From IMG/VR virus record IMGVR_UViG_3300047323_000263: a DNA stretch of 64,000 nt. One strand, 5' to 3'. The translations under genes and the position numbers were made by a program. Position 1 is the first letter of the stretch. The number at the start of each line of letters is the position of its first letter. This stretch comes from an uncultured virus (IMG/VR IMGVR_UViG_3300047323_000263). Its lineage: Duplodnaviria > Heunggongvirae > Uroviricota > Caudoviricetes > Schitoviridae. The notes under the pieces are model-generated. The model ran no database searches, was not told the DNA's origin, and saw only the letters and a program-made list of their open reading frames with translations. Shown one piece after another: positions 46,718-56,914 of this stretch.

Positions 46718-49309
46718 TTACGGACTCATGGCTGTGTCGATGACTTCACACAGCATCTCTTCGGTTGCATCGTTGGGGATACCGATTTCCTTCGACCAGT
46801 TAGGGTAGAAGATCGAGAGTTCGCCGCCGAGCCTGACCTGGGGGTGAGCAATATCAGGGTGCGCCTGCCATTCTACAGCCTCCACTAGATGTTTATTTGT
46901 GTAAAGCACCGGGTCAAGATCGTCTCGGATCAGGTAATACTGGGCGTCGTGGATCTGTGCGCACGGTCTGATTGACAGACGGTGTTCACTTTTCCGGACC
47001 TTGCCCATGAACTCCACACCTGCGCGGGAATTCAGGAGACACCAGCTCTGGCCGAGCGCATTCCCTGCGGTTCGACCTTCGGCTTCTGCCTCGTGCGGCG
47101 TCTTCGATGTGCCCCGGATGACCTGAGCCAAGAGAGGAGTACGGACCCGCAGCCCGAATGCCACGGTGACGTAGCCGTCTTTTGCTGCCTGGTTCAGCTT
47201 GTCCTGCACCCAGTCGATCGACACCTTGTAGAGCGAGCGATACGCTGCCTCGATCGCCTTCGCCTTGGTCAGTGTGAAGCCGCAGTTCTTCATCAGCGTG
47301 GAGAACGTGCCCTGATAGGTGAGGGCGAAGGTCGGTGCCTTCGAATCCTGCCGGAATGGCTTGTACTTCTTCTCGATTGAGTTGATGCTGGCCACCGAAT
47401 TAGGATCGATGTCCGGCATGTTCTCGCCAAAGTACGCATGCGCACGCAGACAGTGACCGTCGTAGCCGTCGGTGTACACCTTCAGCTTGTTCGGATCCTT
47501 GGTCGTGAGCGCACTGATGCGGTCTTCCAGTGATGCGAAGTCGAGCCCTGTGAAGAGCCACCCAGGCGGAGCCTCGATACAACTCTTGAATGCTTTCGCA
47601 TACTTCGAGTTGGCGGGCAGATTCTGCAAGTTCGGATCGTTCGAGGACAGTCGTCCGGAGACGGTGCCGCCCAGATTGAAGTTGCCGAACAGGTAGTGCC
47701 AGCCGTTGTATTCCTGCGCGTTCTCCAATGCCGGGATGAACGTGCCGAGGATCTTTTCGACCGACTTCCAGTCGAGCAGCGCGTTCAGGAACTCCAGCAC
47801 CAGCGGATCGCCGGCGTGGTGTTTCAGCTTCACCAAAGTGTCGGCGTCACAGGCCGGCTGCTTGCTCTTCGTGTACTCGATGATGGGCAGGCCCAACACC
47901 TTGTAGAGCAGGTCTTGCAGCTGCGGAGCCGAGTTCGGATTGAACGTCGCCTCGTCGGCCGGCACATCAGCAAGGGTGATGCGCTTTTTCACCCAGATGC
48001 CGTGCATCTTCTCGATGTACTTCTCAGCAAGCCGGTAGTTGTAGCGCTGCACGATCTGCGACTGCATGAGCGTCTGCATCGCCTTGTCGTAATCGGCCTG
48101 CATCTCGGCCTTGACGACCTTCACCCGCTCCATGTTCACTGGCAGGCCGGTCAACTGCATCTGAATGATGTCGATGGTGGCCGGCTGGAACAGCGACTCG
48201 TAGACCCCGAACTGCTGGTCCTGAATCATGGTCGCGTAGTGCTTCTCGTGGACGTACCAGGTGGACAGGGCGTCGACCAGGTTGTACTCGAGCAGCTTCG
48301 CCAACGGGATCTTGGTGATGTCCTTGATCTCGTCCTGCGCGTAGTTGCCAGCGAACGCCTGCGCCTGGTCCTTCAGGCCCAGCTCGTTGCCGGCGCACGT
48401 GTTGGTGGCGAGGTAGGTGATGAGCTTGGTGCAGTCCCATCCGTGCTCGGGCAGCATCACGTTCAGGCCATTGAGCAGGCCTTCGGTGTCACAGATGTGA
48501 TCCATGAACAGCTGATAGATCAGCACATACGCATCGAAGGCGATGTTGTGATAAATCGCCTTCTTCTGGAGCTGGAGAAAGAATGCCCGCAGCATCTCGC
48601 GCCGGTACTCGTTGCGCACTTTCTTGCCGAAAGGCGCCTCGGTCGCGCCATCGATCGCCACATAGTCGATCGGGAAAGCGATCCCTTCGTGTTTGTTCCA
48701 CGCAAAGGAGATCGTGCCAATCCCGGCGTCATAGTGTTTCAGACTGAACGTCTCGATGTCGATCGTGAGCGGCACGTCCATGTCGAGGAGCTTGACCAGC
48801 CACGCCTCGATCTCCGCGTCCGTCGTCGGATAGTCCGCGTACTTGATGATGCCGTGGCCCGGATCCTTGTAGGCGCCGGTGGCATGATCAATGAGTGCGT
48901 CCATCGCCTGAGCGATCTTGGTCTTCACGCCTGCCGGGTCGTAGAAGATCGTCCGGTAGGAAGGGGCGAAGACCACCCTCTGCGTGCCGAACTTGGAGTC
49001 CATCACGTAGCCGAGATTGGCGTCCGTCTTGACCGCACCGGTGAGCGTCTTGAAGTAGCCGCTGTCGGTGCAGATGACGTAGCGCACCCGGTTGTCCTCG
49101 AACACAGGTTGCAGGACTTCCGTGATGTAGCGCTTCATCTCGGCGGCCGGCGTCTTCTTGCCGGTGAAGTGCAGATCGAGCACGAGACAGTCTTCCGCAT
49201 CGACGGCGCGGCCATCGAAGTAGGCTTTCTGGATCTCGTCAGGCCGGATCTGCCCGGTGAGGAGTGCTACGGGGTAATCGGGCTGTACGGCATAGACGTG
49301 GTGGCGCAT
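46718..49309 (-). CDS. DNA polymerase family A (N4 gp39-like)
   Basis: Exo IDIET, HNIAFD, YNLVD; GTVSGRLSS.DPNLQN, DFASLEDR, RQDSKAPTFALTYQG, QIHDA; start MRHHVY at 49309. Confidence 0.95.
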   Translation of the reverse strand: MRHHVYAVQPDYPVALLTGQIRPDEIQKAYFDGRAVDAEDCLVLDLHFTGKKTPAAEMKRYITEVLQPVFEDNRVRYVICTDSGYFKTLTGAVKTDANLGYVMDSKFGTQRVVFAPSYRTIFYDPAGVKTKIAQAMDALIDHATGAYKDPGHGIIKYADYPTTDAEIEAWLVKLLDMDVPLTIDIETFSLKHYDAGIGTISFAWNKHEGIAFPIDYVAIDGATEAPFGKKVRNEYRREMLRAFFLQLQKKAIYHNIAFDAYVLIYQLFMDHICDTEGLLNGLNVMLPEHGWDCTKLITYLATNTCAGNELGLKDQAQAFAGNYAQDEIKDITKIPLAKLLEYNLVDALSTWYVHEKHYATMIQDQQFGVYESLFQPATIDIIQMQLTGLPVNMERVKVVKAEMQADYDKAMQTLMQSQIVQRYNYRLAEKYIEKMHGIWVKKRITLADVPADEATFNPNSAPQLQDLLYKVLGLPIIEYTKSKQPACDADTLVKLKHHAGDPLVLEFLNALLDWKSVEKILGTFIPALENAQEYNGWHYLFGNFNLGGTVSGRLSSNDPNLQNLPANSKYAKAFKSCIEAPPGWLFTGLDFASLEDRISALTTKDPNKLKVYTDGYDGHCLRAHAYFGENMPDIDPNSVASINSIEKKYKPFRQDSKAPTFALTYQGTFSTLMKNCGFTLTKAKAIEAAYRSLYKVSIDWVQDKLNQAAKDGYVTVAFGLRVRTPLLAQVIRGTSKTPHEAEAEGRTAGNALGQSWCLLNSRAGVEFMGKVRKSEHRLSIRPCAQIHDAQYYLIRDDLDPVLYTNKHLVEAVEWQAHPDIAHPQVRLGGELSIFYPNWSKEIGIPNDATEEMLCEVIDTAMSP

Positions 49310-49317
49310 CTTCTTTC

Positions 49318-49824
49318 TCAGTAAATCAGCTTGCTCATTGCATACAGCTCGATTTTCGGCAGGATCTTGTGGAACTGCTTCAGATCGCGGGGGTTGTGCC
49401 GGATCAGGAACTCCTGTTCGAACTTGCGGCTCATGCCGCTGAACGTCGGGATCAGCGAGATCAGGCAGTCCGGCAGCGTGTCGCGCATCTCCTGAAGGTC
49501 GTTCGCCTGATACAGCAACTTGAACAGCATCTGGCCGATCTGGTCCTTGTCGAGAGCGACGGCCTTTTTGTCCTTTAGCCATTTTTCCATCTCGTCGTTA
49601 AGGGCAAACGGCAGCACCGGGTAGTGCTTGTGGATCACCTGATGGCGGCTGTGCCGGTAGTGATCCCCCGAGAAGCTGAAGCCCAGGTAGAGCAGGAACT
49701 GCTTGTCGTCCTCACCGGCCTGGTCCACGAGCCGGTCGATGCCGCCTTGCAAGCGGCGCTCTTCGGGCGTGAACAGGGTTTTCTTCAGTGAGTCGATCAG
49801 CGGAAACGTGTTGTCGAGTGCCAT
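49318..49824 (-). CDS. N4 gp38-like hypothetical protein
   Basis: QEMRDTLPDCL motif; located between helicase and DNA polymerase. Confidence 0.75.
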   Translation of the reverse strand: MALDNTFPLIDSLKKTLFTPEERRLQGGIDRLVDQAGEDDKQFLLYLGFSFSGDHYRHSRHQVIHKHYPVLPFALNDEMEKWLKDKKAVALDKDQIGQMLFKLLYQANDLQEMRDTLPDCLISLIPTFSGMSRKFEQEFLIRHNPRDLKQFHKILPKIELYAMSKLIY

Positions 49825-49839
49825 GTCCTTTCCCTTGGC

Positions 49840-51144
49840 TCAGTGGATCAAGCCTCCATACTTGTCCGCGAGTTCGCCATAAAGGACGACTCGTGAGCGG
49901 GCACGGCTGAAGGCAACGTAGAAGAGGCGGGCGGCGGTGTCGGGATTGCGGCAGCTCGACACGTCATCGAGATCGATGAACACGGTGTCGTAGGTCGAGC
50001 CTTGGGCCTTGTGGACAGTCGCCGCATCGCGCGGTCGGAGATCCGGAAAGTTGTTCTTCAGGAAGAAGAATCTGTTCCAGAGCTTGTGCGTCTTGTAATA
50101 CCTGAGCAGCTGATCATAGTGGCTGCGGTCGGCCGGCACCATCACATCAGCGTAGATCGTGCCCCACTGACTCTTGAGCATCGCACGGCGGATCATCAGC
50201 TCGGTGTCGTTGTCGTCGATCGTAACCGGCTCGAGCAGCGGCGAGACTTCCAGCACCTCGAGCTCCTGTTCGACTTTCATGCGGCTGTTTTTCAGCTGGA
50301 TGGCCGAGTTGCAGATCACGAGTTCGCCAACGGTGAGCTCTTCCGGGAGCGCTCGGATGCCACGGATGTGGCCGTTGTAGGCCATCACCTGGTTGTTGGT
50401 GTAGCCGAGAATGCGCGCCTCCTTGGTCTGCTCACGGAACGTGGCGTTGACCAGGTGCTCCATTTGCTCGCCGTCCAGGTGGTCGATGACCCCCGGAACA
50501 ATCCGGATCGGGCGGAACTCGCCCGTCTTCACCGTCTCACGCAGCTGCTGGTTGACGAGCTGAAGCGGGCCGAGGTTGGTGCGCATCGGCTCGGTGAGCT
50601 CATAGAAGGGCAGGCTTTCCCGGTAGACCGGCGAGAGCGGCTCCATCACCGGGGCCAGCTGGCAGTGGTCCCCGACGTAGACGATCTTGCAGTCGTGCGT
50701 GCCTTCGAGGATGTAGTTCCGCAGCGGCGTGTCGATCATCGACGCCTCGTCGACGAAGATGATCTTGTTCTTGTGGACAACCCAGTCCCGGCTCTTCGTG
50801 ATGAAGGTCTTGCCGGTCGTGTTGTCTTCCTTCACGGTCAGGCGCATGAAGGAGAAGATGGTCCCACAGGGGCGGCCAGTGGCTGAGGACAGCACTTCGG
50901 CGGCCTTGTTGGTGGTGGCCGTCATCTCGACTTCGGTGTATTGCGCCGCGATCCCCATCATCTTGCAGGTGGCCAGATACTGCGGCATCACCGCATCGAT
51001 CAGATGGCCCATCAGATAGGTCTTGCCGACGCCTCCGGGGCCGGAGATGCACAGCTCTTTGTCCTTGCTGAACAGGAACTCGAAGAACCCGTCCGCGGCT
51101 TGTTGTTGTCCCTGGTTCAGCGGGACGGAGCTAAGTTGTTCCAT
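49840..51144 (-). CDS. SF1B Dda/RecD-like DNA helicase (N4 gp37-like)
   Basis: GPGGVGKT, TNKAA, VDEASM, GDHCQLAPV, TVHKAQGSTYD, YVAFSRA. Confidence 0.93.
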   Translation of the reverse strand: MEQLSSVPLNQGQQQAADGFFEFLFSKDKELCISGPGGVGKTYLMGHLIDAVMPQYLATCKMMGIAAQYTEVEMTATTNKAAEVLSSATGRPCGTIFSFMRLTVKEDNTTGKTFITKSRDWVVHKNKIIFVDEASMIDTPLRNYILEGTHDCKIVYVGDHCQLAPVMEPLSPVYRESLPFYELTEPMRTNLGPLQLVNQQLRETVKTGEFRPIRIVPGVIDHLDGEQMEHLVNATFREQTKEARILGYTNNQVMAYNGHIRGIRALPEELTVGELVICNSAIQLKNSRMKVEQELEVLEVSPLLEPVTIDDNDTELMIRRAMLKSQWGTIYADVMVPADRSHYDQLLRYYKTHKLWNRFFFLKNNFPDLRPRDAATVHKAQGSTYDTVFIDLDDVSSCRNPDTAARLFYVAFSRARSRVVLYGELADKYGGLIH

Positions 51145-51230
51145 TTTCGTTTTCTTTAGGCAATAGGAGGCCCATCCCCTTGATTGGAACCAAGGGGAAG
51201 AGCACTCAAAAGCAGGTGGGGAGAGTGGTC

Positions 51231-51746
51231 CTAGTCGTTCAGGACCGTAATGCGGGAGGGGACGAATGCTGAGAGATCAGGCTTGAAGTAGCCCGGTCCC
51301 TTCATGATCTTGCCATTCGCATCAACGATGGCTTTGCCGTCGACGAACTTGGACCAGTTGGATGCGTTGACTTCATCCAGTGCCTCCACAACCGGGAAAC
51401 CGCAATGCGCGGCGACTCCAGTGGCGGTAACAATCTGATCGCAGATTGCGTCGAGGAAGTTGGTGCGGCATTCCGGTTCCACCGTGATGGTGTTGTCGGT
51501 TTGCTTGAGGTACGTGGCCAATGCCTTGAGCGATACCTTCGCTTCATGCAACAGGACTGTCGCTTGAGCGGTGAGGGGACGAATCTCTTCGACCATCTCT
51601 GCCACTTCTTCGAAGTGAACGCCGGTTTGGGTATGGAACTGTTTGCTGGTCGGAGCAGGCCTTGCCTCTTCGAACCACGCAAAGGTAGTGCTCAAGGTAT
51701 TGGCATTAAGCGTTGCTGCTTTCTGTTGCGATTGTTTCTTGCCCAT
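51231..51746 (-). CDS. MazG-like nucleoside triphosphate pyrophosphohydrolase
   Basis: HFEEVAE..LDAICDQIVTATG..EVNASNWSK..GKIMKGPGYFKPDL. Confidence 0.85.
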   Translation of the reverse strand: MGKKQSQQKAATLNANTLSTTFAWFEEARPAPTSKQFHTQTGVHFEEVAEMVEEIRPLTAQATVLLHEAKVSLKALATYLKQTDNTITVEPECRTNFLDAICDQIVTATGVAAHCGFPVVEALDEVNASNWSKFVDGKAIVDANGKIMKGPGYFKPDLSAFVPSRITVLND

Positions 51747-52065
51747 CTGGAACTCTGCTGGATTGGGAGTTGGATATAAACTCTTTCACCAGTAGGCCAC
51801 GTACAAAGTCCTTGATAGTCTTGTGCGGACCCAACTGTTGAACGAGCCACTTCTGTTGATTCGGGGGCAGAGAGACAAAGACATCTTCCATAAAAGTCCG
51901 GCGAGTATCCGCTGGAGCAATGCCAAGTGCTTTCAACCTCAATGTGATTGTGGTTGGGTGGCACCCAAGCATCTTTGCAATTGTGGCAAGTGATAGTCCA
52001 ACCGAGTTCAACTCGATAATGTCACTGTCCTCGGCCTTTCGATTGACCCTGTAAGCGGTAGACAC
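51706..52065 (-). CDS. HTH DNA-binding protein
   Basis: LNSVGLSLATIAKMLGCHPTTITLRL..PADTRR. Confidence 0.8.
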   Translation of the reverse strand: MSTAYRVNRKAEDSDIIELNSVGLSLATIAKMLGCHPTTITLRLKALGIAPADTRRTFMEDVFVSLPPNQQKWLVQQLGPHKTIKDFVRGLLVKEFISNSQSSRVPDGQETIATESSNA

Positions 52066-52169
52066 AATTCTTCTCCTGTGAAATAGCCTCTAGTTTGCCA
52101 TTACTAGAGGTAAGTAGGAAGAGAAACACTTGTCAAGTGTTTCCTTCCACTCACAGGTTCAGACTCTTT

Positions 52170-53909
52170 TCAGCTCTGGAGCTTCTTCTTCAGACGATAG
52201 ACCTGATCCTTGGAGAGCCCCGTCTTTTGGGCGACTTCGGCGTTGCTGAGGCCATCTTTGAGCAGATTCAACGCCTTTTTCTGCGCTTTCTCCAGAGCTT
52301 CGTCCTTCGGAGCAACCGGCAAAGAGGGCTTAACCGGGCGCACTTTTTCAGGTTGAGTTGGAGAAGAAACAGAATGTTTCGGAGAGAGTTTTCCAAGCAA
52401 TTTGGCCACTGCTTCTCCGTCGGCATCCGTCAGTCCCAAAGCTGTCCAGCTTTTCCGCGCCCCACGCTTGAACTCGAACAGCTCTTTGGCACGGGCTTTC
52501 TGGCTGTCGCCGTCCCGTGCCTGGAGCAATGCCAGGTGCAATTGGGCAGCTTTAGCTGTCTGGCCAAGCGGCTTGGCGGCCGCATCTGCCACGCTCTTCG
52601 GATCGACGATCGGGGCATCGAGCTTTGGTGCCGGCTTCTCTTCGATGTCAATCGCTTCTGCCAGCTTCGGCGTCGAAGTGTCCGTAACTTCGGTCTTCTT
52701 CGTCGAATTTGACATAATGAAAGTTATCAACCGGGGCGTGATCTGGACGTTGGTGCCCAGTTGGCCGCCGATCTTGACGTCTTCGATGATGCCGATGTGG
52801 TCGCCGTTGATGGCCCGAGCGAGCAGCTGCTGACCACGCTCGGTGTCAGTGATTGCCTGGTTGGACTTGAGCTTGCTGTAGTCCGCCCCATCCAGCTCGA
52901 ACAGGATGTGATAACCGCAGACGCGCATTTTGTTCGCGTCGTAGGTCGGCACTGCGATCACATCTTCCGGGCGGACCTTGCCGAGCACGCACACGTCACC
53001 CGAGAAGCCCCCGATGTAGCCGCGGCGAGCGACGTGCAGACCATTCGAGCACTCGTTGTTGCGGTTGCGGTCGACCAGGCTTTCATCCATGTGGACGAAG
53101 GAGCCGATTCGCTGCGTGACTTTGCCGGTGTGGCAGTCCACGTAGTAGCCTTCCTTGTCCGGATGGCGGCGCAGCACCTTGTAGATGATGATCGAGCCGT
53201 CTTCCGCAATCGGCAGATCGCCGCGCTTCATGAACTTGAGCAGGTCATCGACCGAGTGGCTGCGCCGGTCCATCACTTCTCCGATGCGGGACATGAACGC
53301 TTCGACGGCGGCCGTCGTGCCGAGCTTGGTGGCCCGTTCCAACTGGCCGGTGATGCGCTCGATGTGCGGGACGATCGTCTTCGATCCATCCTGCTTTTCG
53401 ATCACAGCGACCACCGTGTCGTCGGCGTCGTCGCCTACCTGGGCGTCATGAAAACGCGAGGAGCTGGCCGGCACCGCATGTTCCATGATGTCTTCGAGCG
53501 CTCGGTCCATGTTGTCTTTCGCAGCCGCAGCCGCATCAGGTACAGCCGGCGTCGGAGTCGCAAAAACGTCACTTCTTTCCTCCTGGCTCTTGGGGATTGC
53601 ACCCACCTGCTGGTCGGGCACCCGGTTGGCGAAGAACTCCGCGACCTTCTTCTTGGCCATGCGGAAGAGCTTCACCAGACCCCCGTTTTGGCGTGAGGTT
53701 TCCTCGAATGCGGCGAACGTCGCATCCTTGCCGGCGATCTCGAGTTCGATCTCGGCCACGCCACCCGCACGGATCACCGGAGTGATCTGGGCGAGCAGTT
53801 CGGCCACACGCGGATCGCCCTGCGGGATCTCGATCGTTTGCCCGTTGTCCTGGTACATCTTGAGTTGCCGCACATCAACAACGGCGGCCACGATACGAAG
53901 TTTGCTCAT
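52170..53909 (-). CDS. rIIB: rIIB-like protein (C-terminal HTH)
   Basis: LPIAEDGSIIIYK, CSNGLHV, V.PEDVIAVP....KMRVC; downstream of rIIA. Confidence 0.9.
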   Translation of the reverse strand: MSKLRIVAAVVDVRQLKMYQDNGQTIEIPQGDPRVAELLAQITPVIRAGGVAEIELEIAGKDATFAAFEETSRQNGGLVKLFRMAKKKVAEFFANRVPDQQVGAIPKSQEERSDVFATPTPAVPDAAAAAKDNMDRALEDIMEHAVPASSSRFHDAQVGDDADDTVVAVIEKQDGSKTIVPHIERITGQLERATKLGTTAAVEAFMSRIGEVMDRRSHSVDDLLKFMKRGDLPIAEDGSIIIYKVLRRHPDKEGYYVDCHTGKVTQRIGSFVHMDESLVDRNRNNECSNGLHVARRGYIGGFSGDVCVLGKVRPEDVIAVPTYDANKMRVCGYHILFELDGADYSKLKSNQAITDTERGQQLLARAINGDHIGIIEDVKIGGQLGTNVQITPRLITFIMSNSTKKTEVTDTSTPKLAEAIDIEEKPAPKLDAPIVDPKSVADAAAKPLGQTAKAAQLHLALLQARDGDSQKARAKELFEFKRGARKSWTALGLTDADGEAVAKLLGKLSPKHSVSSPTQPEKVRPVKPSLPVAPKDEALEKAQKKALNLLKDGLSNAEVAQKTGLSKDQVYRLKKKLQS

Positions 53910-53912
53910 TGT

Positions 53913-56456
53913 TTATCCTTGAAGAGCGAGCAGCAGGATCTTCATCGTCTGATCGATCTCTGCCTTGTTTTTCACTGGGTCAGACTTGAGGAGCTGGGTA
54001 ATTCGGTCGAAGTCGAACAACTCCAGCAACGCATTGGCTTTCATCTGCTTCTTGAACGCCATTGCATCGGCGTGGGTGGTGATGCTCTCGACGTGCTTCC
54101 TGACCGTCTCGAACTGCGTGCCGAACTCTTTCTGGAGCCGGGAGTTGAAGGAGGCTTGGTAGCTCACGCGCCGGAAGATCTTCCAGTGACGGCTGTCTTC
54201 CACCGTCATGTTGTTTTCGAGCTTGAACTGCTTGCGCAGCTCAGGCACCGACATCACCATCTTGTAGGCCTTGTGACCGGCCGTTGCGCGGTGCTCCTGT
54301 TCGTCGCCATAGACACGGTGACGGGCGAATTGCAGCCACTCAGCGATGCCCTTGCTGTTGAGCACGTGCTTGGAGGTCTGCTCCACCACGAACCGGTCGA
54401 CGGGCAGTGCGCCCGCCTTGATGAGCTTGTCCTGCTGCACATCGGTCGTGATGATTGCGCCCTGGTCGCCGTAGAGACGGATGAACGCCTTGAGGCACGA
54501 GCCGTCGATGATCGAACCGAGGTCGTGCGGGTAGTACCCTTCCCGGCTCTTCTTGGGAGCCCGTGCGAACCAGAGAGGATCAGTGATGCGCTTGGCGTCT
54601 TCTTCCTTCCAGTACGCCACATCGAAGTGGTCGTCCTTGTTGAAGGCGGCCGAGGCGCACACGTAGCCCACTTTCTTCGGCTTCGCCGGCGCTGCGTCAC
54701 GGTTCTCCGGTTCAGCTACATCGGCTGCTTCCCACGGCTGGGCGATAGTCAGATCGAGCACCGTCATTCCCTGGCTCTCGAAGAACTTGCGCGCAGCGTC
54801 CACACGCTTTTGCACGCGGGGAGCCACGTACAGCAGGTAGCCGGTGCGGGCACCGCCCTGCTCTTCGATCATCGGGAACTTGCGCACCCGCTTGTCGATC
54901 TCGATCCGGGAGTGCGAGAGCACAACCAGATTGCGCAGGTACGGCAGGTAGTGCTCCATCGGCAGCCGCTTGGCGCTCGTTGCACGGCAGCAGGGTTCGA
55001 TCTCCGAGCGACCCCAGCGAACCGTGTCGCCGTGGCCGTAGACCATCAGACGGTCGCCCGACAGCAGGCTATCGGGCGTCATCTTGGTGATCAGCGGCGT
55101 GACGACTCGACGCAGGAACCAGTTGCCGGTGTCGTACTTGTCGGCGCTGTAGGCGCTCACGTGGCCCTTGGTCTGGGCGTACTCGACCTTGTAGGCGTCG
55201 CGGTACGACTGGATGAGCCCTTGCGGGCCGAGCTTGTTGTCGAGCAGCGTTTGCAGGCGCTGAAGGATGTCGGCCTTGCGGAAATTCTTGAAGTCCGGGT
55301 AGGCCCGTGTGCAGAGGATCGCCGCGAGATTGTTGATCTCGGTGAAGTAGTTGCCGACGACGTTCGACGAGGCGTGATGCAGATTCGGGATCTGCTCGGT
55401 CGGCTGGTAAAGCAAACCCGCCTTGTTGGCCGTCACGGCACTGGCGATGCTTTCACGCATGACCTTGTACGACTCGGCCTGCATCTGTCCGTCCATCAGC
55501 GCGACGAACTTGCCCATCAGCGTCTTCAACGTGCCGATGGTGTGCTCCTGCATCGAGAGCTCTTCACGGCTGGGCGTGACGGAGATCGAGTGCGGGGCCG
55601 CCTGGAAGACGATCTTGCGATGGGTGCTGCTGTGGCCCCAGCTGTTGCGCGTCATGCTGGCGCCCATCCGGGAGAGCACGCCGCTGATCTTGCGATACTC
55701 CTCGGCGTAGGCATCGTTCTCGCCCACCGGGTAGATCACGTTGCCGTAGCGCACGAAGACCACCCGGTTGGTATTCGGATACACCTCGTCGTGGGTGATC
55801 AGGAAGCTGTGCTTCATGGTGGAGAACGGGATCGTCTCGACCTTGTGGCCGTTGAGCAGCACGTTCATCTCGCCGTTGCGGGCGATGCGCTCGACCAGCT
55901 CCTTGAAGGTGCGCTGGTCCGACTGCGACTTGAGCTCGAGCGTCACCTTGATGCCGGTATCGGTCGAGGGGAACGTGGCGATCGGGATGATGCCGGGCTT
56001 GCCCATCACCTGAGCGGCAGACTTGCTCATGTTGTAGATGGTCTTCTCGCCGCCATGCCCCGACTGCACTTCGAAGTGATCGGTGTAGGCGAAAGGCGCC
56101 TTGCAGCCAAGCCCGAAGCCACCGGTCTGCGCACCGTCATGCTTCTTGGTACTGGCTCCATACGTGCCGTAGATCGGCCCGATCTTGTCGCGGGGAATGC
56201 CGAGGCCGAAGTCCTCGACGCTGAATTTCTCGGTGGTGAGGCTGACGATGACCGGGCGGTCAGTGCAGCCGGCCTCCACATGGGCGTCCCAGGCGTTGCA
56301 CAGCACTTCACGGACAACCGCGAGCTTCTGGTCCTTGTAGAGCGTGGACGAGAGAATGTTGAAGAACTCGGCGCTCGAGCTGATGCCGAAGTCGATGGTT
56401 TCCGCTCCGCCAATGACAGCGTGCGTGACGTGATCTGCAACGTGAGTGACTTGCAT
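53913..56456 (-). CDS. rIIA: rIIA-like protein (GHKL ATPase N-domain)
   Basis: ILSSTLY..AVVREVLCNAWDAH, DFGLGI, YGASTK, GGFGLGCKAPFAY, PSREELS. Confidence 0.92.
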   Translation of the reverse strand: MQVTHVADHVTHAVIGGAETIDFGISSSAEFFNILSSTLYKDQKLAVVREVLCNAWDAHVEAGCTDRPVIVSLTTEKFSVEDFGLGIPRDKIGPIYGTYGASTKKHDGAQTGGFGLGCKAPFAYTDHFEVQSGHGGEKTIYNMSKSAAQVMGKPGIIPIATFPSTDTGIKVTLELKSQSDQRTFKELVERIARNGEMNVLLNGHKVETIPFSTMKHSFLITHDEVYPNTNRVVFVRYGNVIYPVGENDAYAEEYRKISGVLSRMGASMTRNSWGHSSTHRKIVFQAAPHSISVTPSREELSMQEHTIGTLKTLMGKFVALMDGQMQAESYKVMRESIASAVTANKAGLLYQPTEQIPNLHHASSNVVGNYFTEINNLAAILCTRAYPDFKNFRKADILQRLQTLLDNKLGPQGLIQSYRDAYKVEYAQTKGHVSAYSADKYDTGNWFLRRVVTPLITKMTPDSLLSGDRLMVYGHGDTVRWGRSEIEPCCRATSAKRLPMEHYLPYLRNLVVLSHSRIEIDKRVRKFPMIEEQGGARTGYLLYVAPRVQKRVDAARKFFESQGMTVLDLTIAQPWEAADVAEPENRDAAPAKPKKVGYVCASAAFNKDDHFDVAYWKEEDAKRITDPLWFARAPKKSREGYYPHDLGSIIDGSCLKAFIRLYGDQGAIITTDVQQDKLIKAGALPVDRFVVEQTSKHVLNSKGIAEWLQFARHRVYGDEQEHRATAGHKAYKMVMSVPELRKQFKLENNMTVEDSRHWKIFRRVSYQASFNSRLQKEFGTQFETVRKHVESITTHADAMAFKKQMKANALLELFDFDRITQLLKSDPVKNKAEIDQTMKILLLALQG

Positions 56457-56458
56457 GG

Positions 56459-56764
56459 TCAGTTCTTTTTGAGTGGTGTGAATGTGAATTTGGCCGCCTC
56501 TTGTTTGAGGTGGTCCTTGTAATCGCCGTCGACGATCCAGCTGTCACCCCAGGCCACGGTGCCGCCCTTTTCTTGGGCTTGGCGTGGGGCCTGGATGTAA
56601 TGCGGGAACGGCAACGCATTGCCTTCGATGGGCAAGAGACACAGGCCGTGAATGGCCAGCGACAGGATGAAGTCGTTGTTCCACGCGGCTGCGTTGTCAG
56701 ACACCCAGGAGGTCTTGTTGAGCACATCGCCAACAACCTCCCGGTACTTCTGTTCGGAAAGCAT
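56459..56764 (-). CDS. Hypothetical protein
   Basis: AAGGAG SD, 101 aa, abuts rIIA. Confidence 0.7.
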   Translation of the reverse strand: MLSEQKYREVVGDVLNKTSWVSDNAAAWNNDFILSLAIHGLCLLPIEGNALPFPHYIQAPRQAQEKGGTVAWGDSWIVDGDYKDHLKQEAAKFTFTPLKKN

Positions 56765-56816
56765 GGGTTTCTCCTTTATTAGAAGTCTCTCCTCAAAGAA
56801 ATCTCTAATAAGGGGG

Positions 56817-56846
56817 AAAAAAGAGGGGTGATCCGTAGATCACCCC
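56817..56846 (-). terminator. Intrinsic terminator after thyX
   Basis: - strand GGGGTGATC-TACG-GATCACCCC followed by TCTTTTTT. Confidence 0.85.
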
Positions 56847-56914
56847 AGAAGAAAGCACGTCTTTATGGAGGAGCTACCCCCAAACAAACCTGCTCACATC
56901 CCACAAACTTAATT

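Noticed and set aside
39862..49309. Introns, inteins or homing endonucleases in polymerase, primase or terminase
   Set aside because: The genes are contiguous and of normal length, with no intein splice motifs or HNH/LAGLIDADG ORFs seen.
46718..49582. N-terminal extensions in the ORF track (DNA polymerase from 49582, gp53-like from 19815, primase from 42087, gp1-like from 680, 25120, 59031)
   Set aside because: The extensions overlap neighbouring genes or promoters; downstream starts with SD sequences and family-typical N-termini fit better.
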